This document shows positions 10,150 to 22,956 of a DNA stretch of 64,000 bases, in pieces. The DNA comes from Vitrella brassicaformis CCMP3155. Lineage: Eukaryota; Protista; Chromerida. Position numbers and translations under genes: made by a program. Each line of letters starts with the position of its first letter. The stretch's first letter is position 1. The notes beneath the pieces were generated by a model. The model was given only the letters and a program-made list of their open reading frames with translations, did not search any database and was not told the origin of the DNA. The DNA lies in assembly GCA_001179505.1 (NCBI GenBank), contig CDMY01000488.1, positions 124,001-188,000 of the forward strand, given 5' to 3'.

Positions 10150-13100
10150 TCAGGGGAGCACACATACACCGTTACACCGTTCACACACACGGACACACGC
10201 AGACTGGGCCCTCCGCTCTTTTCCGCCCCCCTCCAGTCCGTCTGGTCTGCTCGATCGATAAACGATGCCGAATCTGGCCTGCTCGAGGCATCCCCATTGG
10301 TGTTGGTGGGGGCAGTGGAGGGCGGGGAGGGTGTGAATGCGTGTGGACGGGGTCGACATGGCCGGCGTCGACGGGGTGGGCGGGGGCTTATCCAGGGGGT
10401 GGGCTTTGATGCGCTCCGTCAGGGCCTTGACGATCGACGCTGCACGACTCGCAACTTGACAGACAGACAGACAGACAGACCACGACATCACACGACACAT
10501 GGCTGCGGGCGCGAGAATGTCCTGTTGCCATGCGTACGTACCTGTGGGTTTGGCGATTTGCTGAGGTGTTGGCCGAGCGTGGGTCCCAGCTTGGACGTCT
10601 GCAGAGGGCGGATGACCAGGTCAGCGTCAAAGTGGCCGCATAGAGACTCCACCTCGCCCAACACCGACAGACACTCGTCGTACGACTGACACAACCAACA
10701 CCGAGCGTATGGACGGATGTGTGGGTTCGTGTGTCTGGCTGATGTAGGTCCCTACCTCAGCGCCATGCAGTTGGGTGAGTCGCTCCCTGTATGTCCTCAT
10801 CCGCTCCAAGGCGGCTGCCTCGCCCCATGAGGCGGGGGGAGGTGCCACCGTCACGGCCACAGACGGGCTGCCCTCGTCCTTGCCGCCGATGTCTGTCGGT
10901 GTGGGCTCCTCCTTAACGGCAGCCGCATGATGAGACACCAACAGTCCGGTCCTCGACAGATGCCCCAGCTGTCCCCACTCGAACTCGCAGTCCTGATCGC
11001 CCAGGTGCTCATTGAAGCCCTTGATCACCCCCACCACACCGTGCTGGGCCGCCTCATCCAGCCGGGCCTTGTGCACCACCTCACGCAGACCCACACGACC
11101 AGCAGTGTGCACCGCATGAGAAGGACGGCTGTCGACACCTTCGAGAGCGAAGCACTGCAGCGGCGGCACGGTCACCTTGACGCGCCTGTCGCCCTGCTGC
11201 TCGTATCTCGTCCCGCCCACCACCTCCCTGTTGCTGCTCGTCTGTGTGGCCGCCGACTTGACGAAGTGGCCGACGGCCGCACACACGCGGCGCCTCAGCA
11301 GCGACTCGCCGATGAGGTACTCGTTGATGGCGGCCACAGCAGTGAGGGGCTCGTGCAGGAAGGCGCCGATCTTCCATGCGATGGCCTCTGCCTCGTGTGG
11401 GCCGAATGACATCTTGGATGGGGAGGGGTGGGGGTGGGCGCCGTCGTGGTGGGGGGTCAGGGGCAGCAGATGGGCGAGAAGCATCGAGTGGTTACGCTGG
11501 GGGGCGAGGGCGGCGTTGATGGCCGACATGACGGCGGCGCGCAGCTCATTCAGCAGTGTGGCGTACTCGGCCAGCACCAGCTGGCGGCGGCGGCGGCTCA
11601 CCTCGACGGCGGTGAGCATGCGGGCGATGGATGGGGCAGCCCCGCCCCGCAGCAGCACACCGATGGTGGTCTTGAACTCTGCGATCCATCTTTGGCGCCG
11701 CTCCTCCTGCCCGTCCTCGTGTTGCTCCTGCTCTTGGTACTCGTCCAGCTTGTCGGCAGCGATGGCGACTGGTGGCTTGTTGGGCTGGCTGCCTCTGTTG
11801 ACGTCGTCGGCTGTGAGCTGGCGGCACAGCCAATGAGCCACACAGGGGGAGCCAAACAATGCCGCCCGCTCCAATGGCGTCATGCCCAGGGTGTCCATCA
11901 ATTTGGTGTCCGTTGCCCTTATGTCGACTCGGTGGCTGGTAATGAGGGAGAGGTACTGGTCGATGAACAGCTGGGAGAAGAGGCCAGTAGAGCTCCTGGC
12001 TGCCGAATTGACCAGATTCTCTCCATAAGCGGTCCGTTCGGTTGCGAGGGTGCTGTCGTGTTGGGCAAGTCGGCGATAGATGTCCATGAGAGTGTCCTCG
12101 TACTCACGAGTGGCGGAAGGGGCAGCATCGGGGAAGAAGGGAAGATCCATCACCCAAATTCCCCGCAAGTCGGCCTGACCCGCCAAGAGGGCCTCCACTG
12201 CCGTCAGATTGCCCGCACGAATCGCCACCTTGATGGGCCGCTCCACCATACATCCCCCTAAGCCCCCATTGACGTCCGCCCCGCCGTCGATGAGTGCATT
12301 GATGACCTCACGCTGCAGCTGACGGGAGGGCCACTGCGACGTGACGACGGGCACGTCGATGAGAAAATTTGCGCCGGTCGCGACGAGAGATGGTGTGCCT
12401 GTTGGGCTGTCGATGGCGAAAGACAGGCAACTGTATTGCCAGATCGGGGATCCTGTTGTGGTGCCGCGGGGACGAAGGCAGCCGATGGCTCTCAGATCAG
12501 CTCCTTGACGGATCAGCCATGTGACCTGCGCCCCACTCTTGATGGTTCGGCGGATGCAGCCCTCCAGCAGCTGCCGACTCAGAGGAGTGACGCCCGCATC
12601 AGGGACGATGTGGACGTCATCCAGCCCCTTACAGCCGGGCGGCACAGCAGCAGGAGGTGCTTGCGGCCCTCCCCGCCTGCCTGAGCCATCCCTCTTAGTC
12701 GACCGCGGGATGACATCATCGTCACTGTCCTGCTGCTGTTGCGTCACAGGCTTGGCTGTCCCACCACTGCCATTGCCGCTGCTGGTGCGTGTCGCAGCGG
12801 CCGCTCTGTCCTTGTCGCCTTTGACGCGCTTCCTGACGCCAATCGTGTGGTCAGCCTTGGACTTGGCCCGCCGCGGCGCGTGGGGCGATGACGGGGGCTG
12901 GGGGTTCTCCTGCTTGATGGGCTGGCCGCTCGGCGCACTCTGGGGCGACTTGTCCTCGCTGTTGACCTTGCCAGCTGACCTGGGCGGGGCTGAGGTGTGT
13001 CCACCGGCCTGGGTGTCCATGGGGGCGGGCTGGGTGGCGGGTGGCGTCACGGATGGCGCGGTGGCCACGGACGGTCCAAACACCTCCCCCCACCCGCCAC

Positions 13101-15030
13101 CAGGCCGGGAAAGCGACCCATCTGCCTGCTCCGCGACCTCAGACACCATCTGCATGGCCTCGTCGGGGTGGATGGGAGGGACGATGTTGTCCCTCTCCTC
13201 ATGGTGGTGCGGCGCAGACATGTGCACAGGTAGTGGCAGCAGTGGCTGGGACGGGTCAGAGGGAATGCGGGTCAGCTGGTGGGGGGCATTGGTGCCGAGA
13301 CAGCTCCGGTTGGGAAGCTTGATGTCGCTGGGCTGGCAGGGCAGCGGGGTACTGTGGGTGAAGAAGGGGTGCTCCAGAGCTGCACTCGCCGTGACCCGAC
13401 ACTCTGAAGGAAGGAACCGACGAGTCGGAAATAAGGGAAGGCAGTGCTTTCTTTGTCCATGTGTCGGTGTGTGTGTGTGTCTGTGTGTGTCTGTGTGTGT
13501 GTCTGTGTCTTGCCTGGGTCGAGTGTGAGCATCTTGTCCAGCAGATCGACGGCAGTCTTATCCCATCTGCATGATCAGACACAAACCATACACACACACG
13601 CACACATACACATTTGCGTCTGATGTGATGTGCCTGGATGGATGGGTTTGTGGTGCTGGAGTCCCTCTCCCCCACTCTCTGCTCTGCGTCCTTACTCTCT
13701 TCTGAATCGGTAGCGTATGTTGCGTGGTAAGATACTCTCCGGCCTGTGTTTCTCCCACTCGGGCAGCCGCACCGCCTCGCTCCATGTCATGCTGTTAGGA
13801 CTCCCGCACAACTGCAGAATGAATGTATTGGCATCCCATTAATGCACACATGAAACATACACCCACCACACCAGCCCACCGACGCACGGCAGTGCGGTCG
13901 ATCGGTCAGCCTCACCCAGAATATCATATCGACCAAGTCCTCCTCGCTCTCGCCGTTGAAGAGAGGCTTCCCCGTCATCAGCTCAGCCAAGATGCACCTT
14001 GAAACAAACAAGGGCAAGAATACTCACAAGTCGGTGCGCGCATTCTGCCCATCTCAGATGTCCATGTGTGTGTGTATGCCGGGTGTGTGCTTGAACATCC
14101 ACCCACCCGGCGGCCCAGATGTCGACAGCGGTGCCGTAATTGACCGAACCAAGCAGCAGCTCCGGCGGTCTGTACCACAGTGTCATGACCCGGTTGGTGT
14201 CGTGCGCCTGCTGGGACGACTTGACATGCGGCCTGATGAGGCCAAAGATGACCACAAAGAATGAATGCATGGACCAGACCAGGCCCTTGGCTCACCTGGC
14301 AAGGCCGAAATCGCCCAATTTGAGCTCGCCTTCCTTGGTCAGCAGCAGGTTGGAACCTGCACAAAGAACACACCAGAGCACAGCACGGCCGCTTCTGCAC
14401 TGCACGTGTGTTGAGGGGGCAGGGGAGGCGCGAGTGAGTACTTCTGATATCTCCGTGTACGATGAGGTGCTGGTGGCAGTGCTGCAGCCCCTCCAGCAGC
14501 TGACGCATCAGGCACTTGATCTCACGCAAATCAAACTGCACATACAACCACACAACCACACAAATAACCAACCACAGTCATATCCATCCATCCATCCACC
14601 ATCTTCGCATCTCATCTGCACGCGCCACCCACCTACCTTTCCGTGCCGCCACTCTGAAAGGCCAAGAAGGTCATGGTACATGGCGGGAGAGTCCTCCTCA
14701 TCAAGTAGAGTCGTCTGACGCATATAGAGGTCGGGTTGCTGCGCACACACGCACAACTCACCCACACACATCCACAGCCAATTCAATTCCTTTATGTGGG
14801 GTGCGTGTGTACGAGTGTTCATGTGTGCGCACACGTGTGTGTCCGCACCTTCGAGACCTTCTGCAGGGCCTTGACGATCGACGCTGCCCGATTCGCAACA
14901 TGACACTGGTCAACAAACGAGGCTGTGCCCTCTGCCCACCTTACCTGACGGTGCGTGAGGACCAGCACCGAGCCCCACCGATGAACACGGTGCTGCGACG
15001 ATCTGCGATGGGCTGTCACTGATGCGCTGA
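10150..15030 (-). CDS. Chimeric gene: CDK9/12-like kinase (C-lobe) + low-complexity linker + ankyrin-type repeat region + TFIIS N-terminal-like domain; 5' end uncertain
   Basis: Spliced: [12 protein letters not shown]|[32 protein letters not shown]|[20 protein letters not shown]|..[28 protein letters not shown]|[13 protein letters not shown]..|LCGSP..|[13 protein letters not shown]|[15 protein letters not shown]. This reads in frame into the 10627-13227 ORF ([40 protein letters not shown]), followed by exons [21 protein letters not shown] / [17 protein letters not shown]. Confidence 0.75.
10420..14899. repeat. Dispersed 36-bp direct repeat (10420-10455 and 14864-14899) encoding VA(S/N)RAASIVKAL
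   Basis: cagggccttgacgatcgacgctgc-acgactcgcaac versus cagggccttgacgatcgacgctgc-ccgattcgcaac, 34/36 identical. Confidence 0.9.
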
Positions 15031-15499
15031 GCCGAAGGAAGGCAATCACACCGGGCAGCAGACGACAAGAGAAAGAGAAACAAAGAGGAAAGGGCTGCAG
15101 AACACCGACGAAACGAGATCTATCTTCGGTTCAGAACGACGGATGTCAGCGTCACTCTTGACGAGCCACAATGACGCGCCGTCGCGAGCTTACGTGCGAA
15201 GTCTCGTAAACACAATATGCAAGCCGCTCCTGTGGTTGCAGCCGTCCTCCTGTGACTGATCCAATGTTATCACTGACCATTGCTAAATGCGCAGCCCCGC
15301 TTTGGTCCTCTCTTTTGATTCGTCTTAGGGCTTGCTTGTCCATCGGAACGAGCGTCTGAGACGAGGCGGCCGGTCCGTCGCGGTCGACAAGCAAGCCCAT
15401 CAGGACGACGCACACCAGTGGGGCTTGCTGAACACGCGCAAAAACGCCCTGACGTGCCCTTCTGTCTGTCCATCAGTGAAATGCACTCATGAATGCGAC

Positions 15500-18400
15500 G
15501 AGTCACGACAAGAACAACACAGCCCCCGTCGCTCGCTATGCACCCCCAATGGTGAGGGACGTACTCACGGCACTCGCCAGGGCGGACACATCGTCAGGCT
15601 GGTGTTGGTGTGATTGCGTGACAGACACCCGGAGGGAGAGAGGTCTGTGTGTCTGTCTGTTTGTCTGTCGTAGTATATAGTAGGGGAGGGAGACGCCACG
15701 ATACATACGATGTTTGTTTGTGTAGGAAGTGAGGTGAGAGAGTGTATTTCTGTTGTGTGAGTGCTCTACAGCCGACATGTGTCCATCCAATCCAATCTAG
15801 ACGCGCGCAGAATGGCAGTCAGTCGAGAGAGTGCTTTGTGTGTAATGTAGTCTTAGGTGTGTGGATACCAGGGGGAGACAGGGAGGGAGGGAGGGATGGA
15901 GGGAGGGAGACACTTGACGCTTGTCGACGATGGATGGATGGATGCCTCACTTTGGTTGCTGATCTTCGTGTCGTCGTGTCGACAGACCAATCTGGATCGA
16001 TCAACGGTTAGTTAGTTAATTGGAGCCAGCATGCAATTCGCACGCAGTCCTTGATTCACGCAGCATCCAATCCATCCGCCCGTACGCATCTATACGTAGT
16101 ACCTACTGCCAACCGACAACCAACAAGACGTCATCAACACACTCACACACACACACACACACACAGAGGCACAGAGGCACTCGCCATGCCACACGCGCAC
16201 ACGCATACAGCTCTCAGCATTCCAACGTCTTCTTCCTTTCCTTCTCTGTCTGCCTGTTGTCCTTTCTTCTCTCTTGTCGTGTGTCTGCAGCCACTCATCC
16301 ATCCATCCACTCATCCAGTCGCCCGTCCAGCCAGTCAGTCAGGCACGCCAGCCAGCCATGCAGCCCAACAAATGAAATAAATGAAAGCCACTGCGCAGCG
16401 ACCGTTCAAGCAAGCGAGGCGGGCGGGCGGGCAGGAAGGGCGAGAATCCAATCCAACGTCAACCGCAATCCCTCCCTCAGCCCCTCCGGCAAAAAGATAC
16501 ACCGACGAGGGGTACAATCAGTCAATCAATCAAGCAAGCCATGCAAAATCGATTCAGACACGTTTGTTGTTGTCAAAAGTGCGAAGCCATCAATCACGGC
16601 AGGCAGGCAGGGAGACATCGGCGTCAGAGAGGTGAGGTGGACGGATGGAAAGAATCAATGAGTGCGAAACGCTTAGCAAGAATCACAGACAGAGCCACAG
16701 CCAGCCAGCCGTCCAGAGAGAGTGTGGGGCGGGTGGATGAGAGACAGATGGTGGATCAGATGGATGGCACCCGTAGCATGACAGCTAGCTAGCTAGCACA
16801 AGACAGCTTGCAAGCCCTCATGCACACACGATCTACCTAGGAAAAGATAAGGGCCCCCCTGCCCAAGAGGAGCCGTTTAATTGCCGCATGCGGGCGCACC
16901 CACCCCAACCCCCCCACGCACTCTCACACCCACCCACCCACGCATGCCATGCCATGCAGACAGGATGGTTAATTGATTCCATCACCATCACCACCACCAC
17001 CACCATCAGATTCAGATTCCATCCATAGCACCAATTCCATCCACGAATTGCCAGCCGGTCGCCCGCCTGACCCCGCCGACATGAGGCGGGCCGCTCCTAA
17101 AAAAGAACCGGCCAAGTATCGACCAGGCAGCGGTCGCCAAATGGAGGCAGGCAGGCAGGCAGGCTGGCTGGCGAACAGTCAGTGTGTCAGTGTCAGTGTG
17201 TCATCGGTCACTGTTGTCACTGTTGTCGTGTGCAGGTGTGCAGGTGTGCAGGTGGGTCGGTACCAATGTGTGTATGTATGTAATTGTACAAAAGAGTGAG
17301 GCGGACTGGACTGAGGAGGCAAAAAAACTGTGCGTGGTATTGTGTTATGTTGTGTTGTGACTTAGATAGCGAAACAGACAGACAGACAGACAGGCCCTGT
17401 CCACTCTCGAGCGCCTCCCTCCCTCCCTGTGTCGTGTTTCCACAAACAAACGTATGGTATGTGAGACTTACTGATGTGTGTACATGTAGATACAGACAGA
17501 CAGAGATAGGGTGTACATCAGGGCGGACCCGCCCGCCCGCCCGCCCATCAAGCCAGACAGCATTCATTCAGCCAGACAGACAGAGACTGAAGTCACTCAC
17601 TCGCCAACGCATTCATTCACTCGGCCACTCACTCACTCCCGGGACAAATAGATAAGACAGGTATATGGTATGGTCGTCATCAGGGAAGAAGAAACAAAGG
17701 CAGGCAGGCAGGGAGGCACGCACCCACGCCACAGCACGGCACAGCACGGCAAAAGCTCTCTCCATCCCTACACACAGCCGCACCCACACACGCCACCAAC
17801 ACCCACCTACATGCACATGCACACGGACGGACGCACGCCGCAACACGCGAAAAAGGAAGCCCGTCCGTGCACTGAGTGAGTGAGCGCATCTAGCTGGGGA
17901 TACAGGGGTTGGCTATACTCGTGAACATACATCAGTCCAAAAGTACCTGGCGGCAAAACACTTCTGCAGCCGTGCCCTGCAGTCGCCCGCCCCTCTCACT
18001 CCCTCCCTCNNNNNNNNNNNNNNNNNNNNNNNNNNNNNNNNNNNNNNNNNNNNNNNNNNNNNNNNNNNNNNNNNNNNNNNNNNNNNNNNNNNNNNNNNNN
18101 NNNNNNNNNNNNNNNNNNNNNNNNNNNNNNNNNNNNNNNNNNNNNNNNNNNNNNNNNNNNNNNNNNNNNNNNNNNNNNNNNNNNNNNNNNNNNNNNNNNN
18201 NNNNNNNNNNNNNNNNNNNNNNNNNNNNNNNNNNNNNNNNNNNNNNNNNNNNNNNNNNNNNNNNNNNNNNNNNNNNNNNNNNNNNNNNNNNNNNNNNNNN
18301 NNNNNNNNNGCGTCATGAGTCAATTAACAGGTCGCCAGCGGTGTTAACGAACGAACAAAGGCAACCGACCGAGAAATAGTAATAAGAATATGGTATATAT

Positions 18401-20250
18401 ATATATGTCTTTCTGTGTATTAGTGCCTACAAAAAGTGGATTGAGCCAGCCAGCCAGCCAACCAAAGAAGTGTCCGTCCACACATCTCACCTCATCCACA
18501 CGGAAGGCAAGGCACACACCGCACGGTGGCCGTGGTTGGTTGATAAATAAAAAGAGAGGCGGGCTGTGCCGGGCCCGGCCCGCCTGTGTGTGTATGTATG
18601 TATGTATGTGTGTACGCAATGGCTGTAGTCAGTCAGTCGTCGGCAAAAAAGTGATATGATAGATAGGCAGCACGGCACAGGACGGCAGCCGGACACAGCA
18701 CACAAGACATGACATGACATCACATGACAAGACTGCACAATTGAAATACGGACCAGCCACCACACGACAGACAGACAGACACAGTAGACAAAAAGCAACC
18801 ACCGAACACCCCCACACACACACACGACCACCTCCCCCTCCGCCTCCCCCTCCACTCTCTCCTGACTGACTGACTGGCTGACTGACTGACGTACTTGCAA
18901 ACTTGTTGTGCCGACCACCCCCTGGCCGGCCTCATACTAGACTCCGCCCCGCCCCGCCCCCATTACAAAGCCACACTAGCCCCCCCCACACACACGGCAC
19001 GCACTCATCGACACCCTCACAGGGACAGCACGCAATCAACGAACGAGAAGAAATGTAAAACTTGGCCCGGCTCATCCTGGCTCCCTCACCGATCATCGAT
19101 ACGCATGGAGAGCCACACATCACAGTCACACCCACAGGGTAGATAGATAAACGGCTGGCTCCTCTCTCGCGCCCTCTCTCACTGCTCGCCCGCTCGCTGG
19201 CTCATCTATCGTGTTTAAATAAGTCTGTCTCTTCTCTTCTCTTTTCGTTTCTTCATGTCGTGGGTGGGTGTGAGTGACGCGCCTGCGATTAGCTAACTAC
19301 GATCCGATCCACACTTATGTCCTGTCCTCCGGGTATCCCATCCCCCAGCCCCTCCCCATCCACACACGCAGGCGACCTTACAGAACTAGACACGTGTAGT
19401 CTACAGAAAAACAGCGGACGGGACGGGACGGGAGGCTGCACACAGTGAATGAATGACCTCACCACAGACAGACACACATGAATGCAGCTACAGATACATC
19501 CTACAGACACAAGACAGATAGCACACGACTGCACAAGACGACGACACGGCCAGCATACAGGATAGAGTGGCGGACACACAGTAAGGAGTACCTAGCATAG
19601 CAAGAAGAGCATAGCAGAGTCAGGCAGTAAGTAGTGAGTAGGCCATAGCTGACAGACAGACAGACAGACAGACAGGCGGCAGGAGGGAGCGAGGGAGGGA
19701 GAAAATATGCGCACACGCACTGCACTCGGACCACCCACACCCACACATCCACACACGCATCACCAGGCATCAACACGAAGCCAACCGTGCCCATGCCCGC
19801 ACGCGCACACGATAAACAGACAGACAGATAAATCAAACCAACGGCCAAAGCCATCCATGCATCCATCCGTCCATGTGCACACACGGGGGGTGGGCGGGGC
19901 GGTTTCACGCATGCAATCATTGCAGCCCGTCCACACATAGCAAGGGAGAGGAGGGAGCGAGCGAGCGAGTGGAGGGAGGGAGGGAGGGGGAAAAATCGAG
20001 AAGTGCACGCATCATGTCATGATGTGCAGCTCCCGGTCACTCACTAGTTGCTCAATCAGTCCGTCGCTCCATAGCTCACTCACGCGCGCACACTCTCAGG
20101 CTCCCATCACCCACCCACCCCGCCATACAGACAGACAGACGGCCAGCCAGCCAGTCAGAAAGTAGGCCACAGCAGGACAGGAAGGAAGATACAATACAGC
20201 CAGCCAAAAGAGACAGACAAGGGAGAGACAAGGGGAGACAGGCAGAGGCA
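15500..20250. repeat. Microsatellite-dense intergenic region: (CA)n, (GACA)n, (GGCA)n, (CCAG)n, (ACC)n, (TCAG)n
   Basis: The repeats are visible directly; the ORFs here are translations of simple repeats and show no recognisable motif. Confidence 0.75.
18010..18309. other. Assembly gap (300 N)
   Basis: Run of N; all three gaps are exactly 300 nt, so probably placeholder sizes. Confidence 0.99.
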
Positions 20251-20370
20251 GAATCAGTCGTGTGTATACGGGTGCATATGTCAGTCAGTCTGTCAATCAG
20301 TCAGTCAGTACTAAGTGTCTGTCTGTGTGTGTGGAAGGGCCGGCCCCTGTGTGTCACGTCGCGTCATGCC

Positions 20371-22408
20371 TCATGCGGTGTGGTCGGCCTGTCTCGTGGC
20401 GTTGTGTGCGTGTGCCGCGCCCGTCGTTCCCGTGCCGCCCTTCCTGAAAAGCGACGGGATGTAGGGCTGCAGTGATCGGGGCTGTACAAGAGTGGGCAGC
20501 AGCCCTGCTAACCGCTTGCTGCCACTGGTGGTACCAGTGACGGCGCCACAGGACACAGAGACAGCAGCAGCGGATGGCAGTGGCGCGCGAGAAAGACCGT
20601 GACCGTCGTCAGCTCCCCCCTTCGCCGCCACGCGCCTCGCCGCCCTCTCCCTCTCCCTGGCCCCCTCCCTCTCCCGCTGCCGCTCATCTGCTGCTGCACT
20701 CTCCTTGCTGTGCTGCTCCCACACCGAGTTGAGCGAACACGGCTCCGCAGTGGGCGTGTCGGGGGCACGCATGAGTGCTGCGTCATGAAGTGGTGGCGGG
20801 CGGTGGTACGGCGTGCTGTGTGTGCGCGGTAGGGCCTCCCTCTCGCTCGCCGGATGGTGGTGCTGCTGCTTGAAACTTTCGTCGGATTCGAGAGCGGGCG
20901 ATGCCGTCATGGGCGATGGATGGCACGTGGACGGGGGCGTGCGGCAGCCCCCGCCCACGGATGAAGAGCTGCTCGATGGCGCGTGGGTCTCGGTGTCGTG
21001 CTCCTCCTCGATGGGCTCGATTGACGGCTCCAGTCGCAGCGGGTGTGGGTGTGTCAGCGGGTGTGGGCGGTGTGTGGGGGGCGGGGGAGGCGGCATGGCC
21101 GGTGGGGGTGGCGGGACGGGGGGAGGGGGCACGGTGGGCGGCAGGGGCGGGGGAGGGGTCTCATTGCTGTACCCGTGGGCTATCAGATTGGGCCTGCACA
21201 CAAACACACACACACACACACACAGATAGACATGTGTGTGTCTGTGTCGTGTCAGTGTTTGGTTTGGTGGTGGTGCGGGGGGCGTACCTGGCGGATCCCC
21301 TCATACGTCGTTTTGATTTGCTGTCTTTGCGCCTGGGGTGGTACAGGTGGCAGAATGGGCAGTTGGCGCCGTTGCGGCACCCCTTGGTCCAATAAAAGAC
21401 GCAGGGCTGGCAGCAACCCAACTCGTGATACGCACTCCCTGACACGAGCGACACACAGCATATCAATCACACCATAAGTGTGGGCATGCCCTGAAACTCC
21501 CCTTGTCAGTCAGGTCACATAGCATAGCATACATACCAGGGTTGACGACTCGCAGCTCGTCATAGTCTGGGCACTCGAACCTGCCGATGTCGTCCTCGAG
21601 CTCCTCCAGCCACATGGATGTGACGATGGCGTCCGAGTCGCTGCCGCTGTACCCCCGCAGCCGCATCTCCCGCCGCCTGCTCCTGCCGCCCCACGGCCAG
21701 CTGTCGCGATCGTGGCCCCGGGACGACCGTGACCGACGGGTAATGAGGGAGGGGAGGTCGGAGAGGGTGAAGGGGAGAGGGGGGAGGGACGACGCCGTCC
21801 AGCTGCGCTCGCTGGACGCTATCTCTGACACAGACACTGACACAGACATTGACACAGGCAGGGGAATGTGCAACGAATGGCGATTGATTGTCGCAGTGGA
21901 GGGACGTCCGTACACGTCCGTACGTACCGTCGTCATGTGAATGGTTTGATCTGTGATGATTGTGGTTCTCGTCGTCGCCCACGCCCAATCCCTCAGATGA
22001 GGTAGACGCGGCCGTCTCGGCGTCGGCCAGCGATGGCGGCATCGAGCCGCGCCTGCTGCCCCCTCCGCCCTTGCCACGCACCGCCAGTACGGTCATGAGA
22101 TCCTCGCTCCTCATCCTGTATAGGCCCCTCTGCCGCACGCACTGCTTGCGGGGGAGGGTGCTGGTGCTGGTGAATGGGGGAGGGGAGCTGAGGGGTGCGA
22201 CGGAGTAGAAGAGGGTGCGTACAATGCGCGGAAAGTGGGAGTCGTCCCGGACGAGGCCGTTGCGCGTGGCGGGGAGGGAGCGGCTGCGCTTCCTGGCGGC
22301 ATTGGGCTTGGGGTCTCTGAAGTGGATGAAGCCGTGCCGGATGCCGCCCTTGAGCCAGCTGGTCTCGGCGTCGATGACGCGCGCCTCGTCGGCGGTCAGG
22401 AAATACAT
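20371..22408 (-). CDS. C3H1-type zinc finger protein with Pro-rich C-terminal region
   Basis: MYFLTADE..GIRHGFIHF..RKRSRSLP; exon near 21285-21420 reads GSAYHELGCCQPCVFYWTKGCRNGANCPFCHLYH; poly-Pro exon; TGA at 20371. The start could extend upstream. Confidence 0.7.
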
Positions 22409-22956
22409 GACAACAGATCTCGGCCTGCTGCTGGTGCCGTCACGCTCCGCAACATGCCATCATCGCCTGAGTGAGTCAAGTCTGGGTCTGCGCCAAACCC
22501 TTCAAACTTAACGGTCTGGTGTACGCGATCGCTGTCAAAAAATCGCCGTCTCTTGATCAGATCTTCGTGCAGATGCCCATGCTTGGCCTCAAGGTGCTTC
22601 TGTGCCTACGGAGAAACACGCCGCCCCAGCGAATTCCTGTGCGAGCTCAGCATTTTTTCCCCCTCTAAGCTCGCAGTTCGAGGACCGTCTTCTCGAGGCG
22701 GTGAACTTGCCCATGACGACTGCCACACGTCGCCTCTGTTGGATGTGTGTCTATTGGTGACGAGAATTCGCGTTTTTGGGTGTTTCGATCCAGAGGGTTT
22801 CCTCTCCCTTGTCTCCCTCTTCTACCTCCCCCCCCCCCCTGTCGCCCTCCATCTTGCCTCTGTTGATTCTCTATTGGCGTTTCCCCGCGATATCCTGACA
22901 GATCAGCTCGTGTCGTTGTTGTCGCAGCGTTGTCGTGACTTCGTCTCCTAGCAACC

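Noticed and set aside
15500-20250. Numerous 60-150 aa ORFs in the long intergenic region
   Set aside because: They are translations of simple repeats (THTH, RQTD, VCVC) with no motifs or coherent exon chain.
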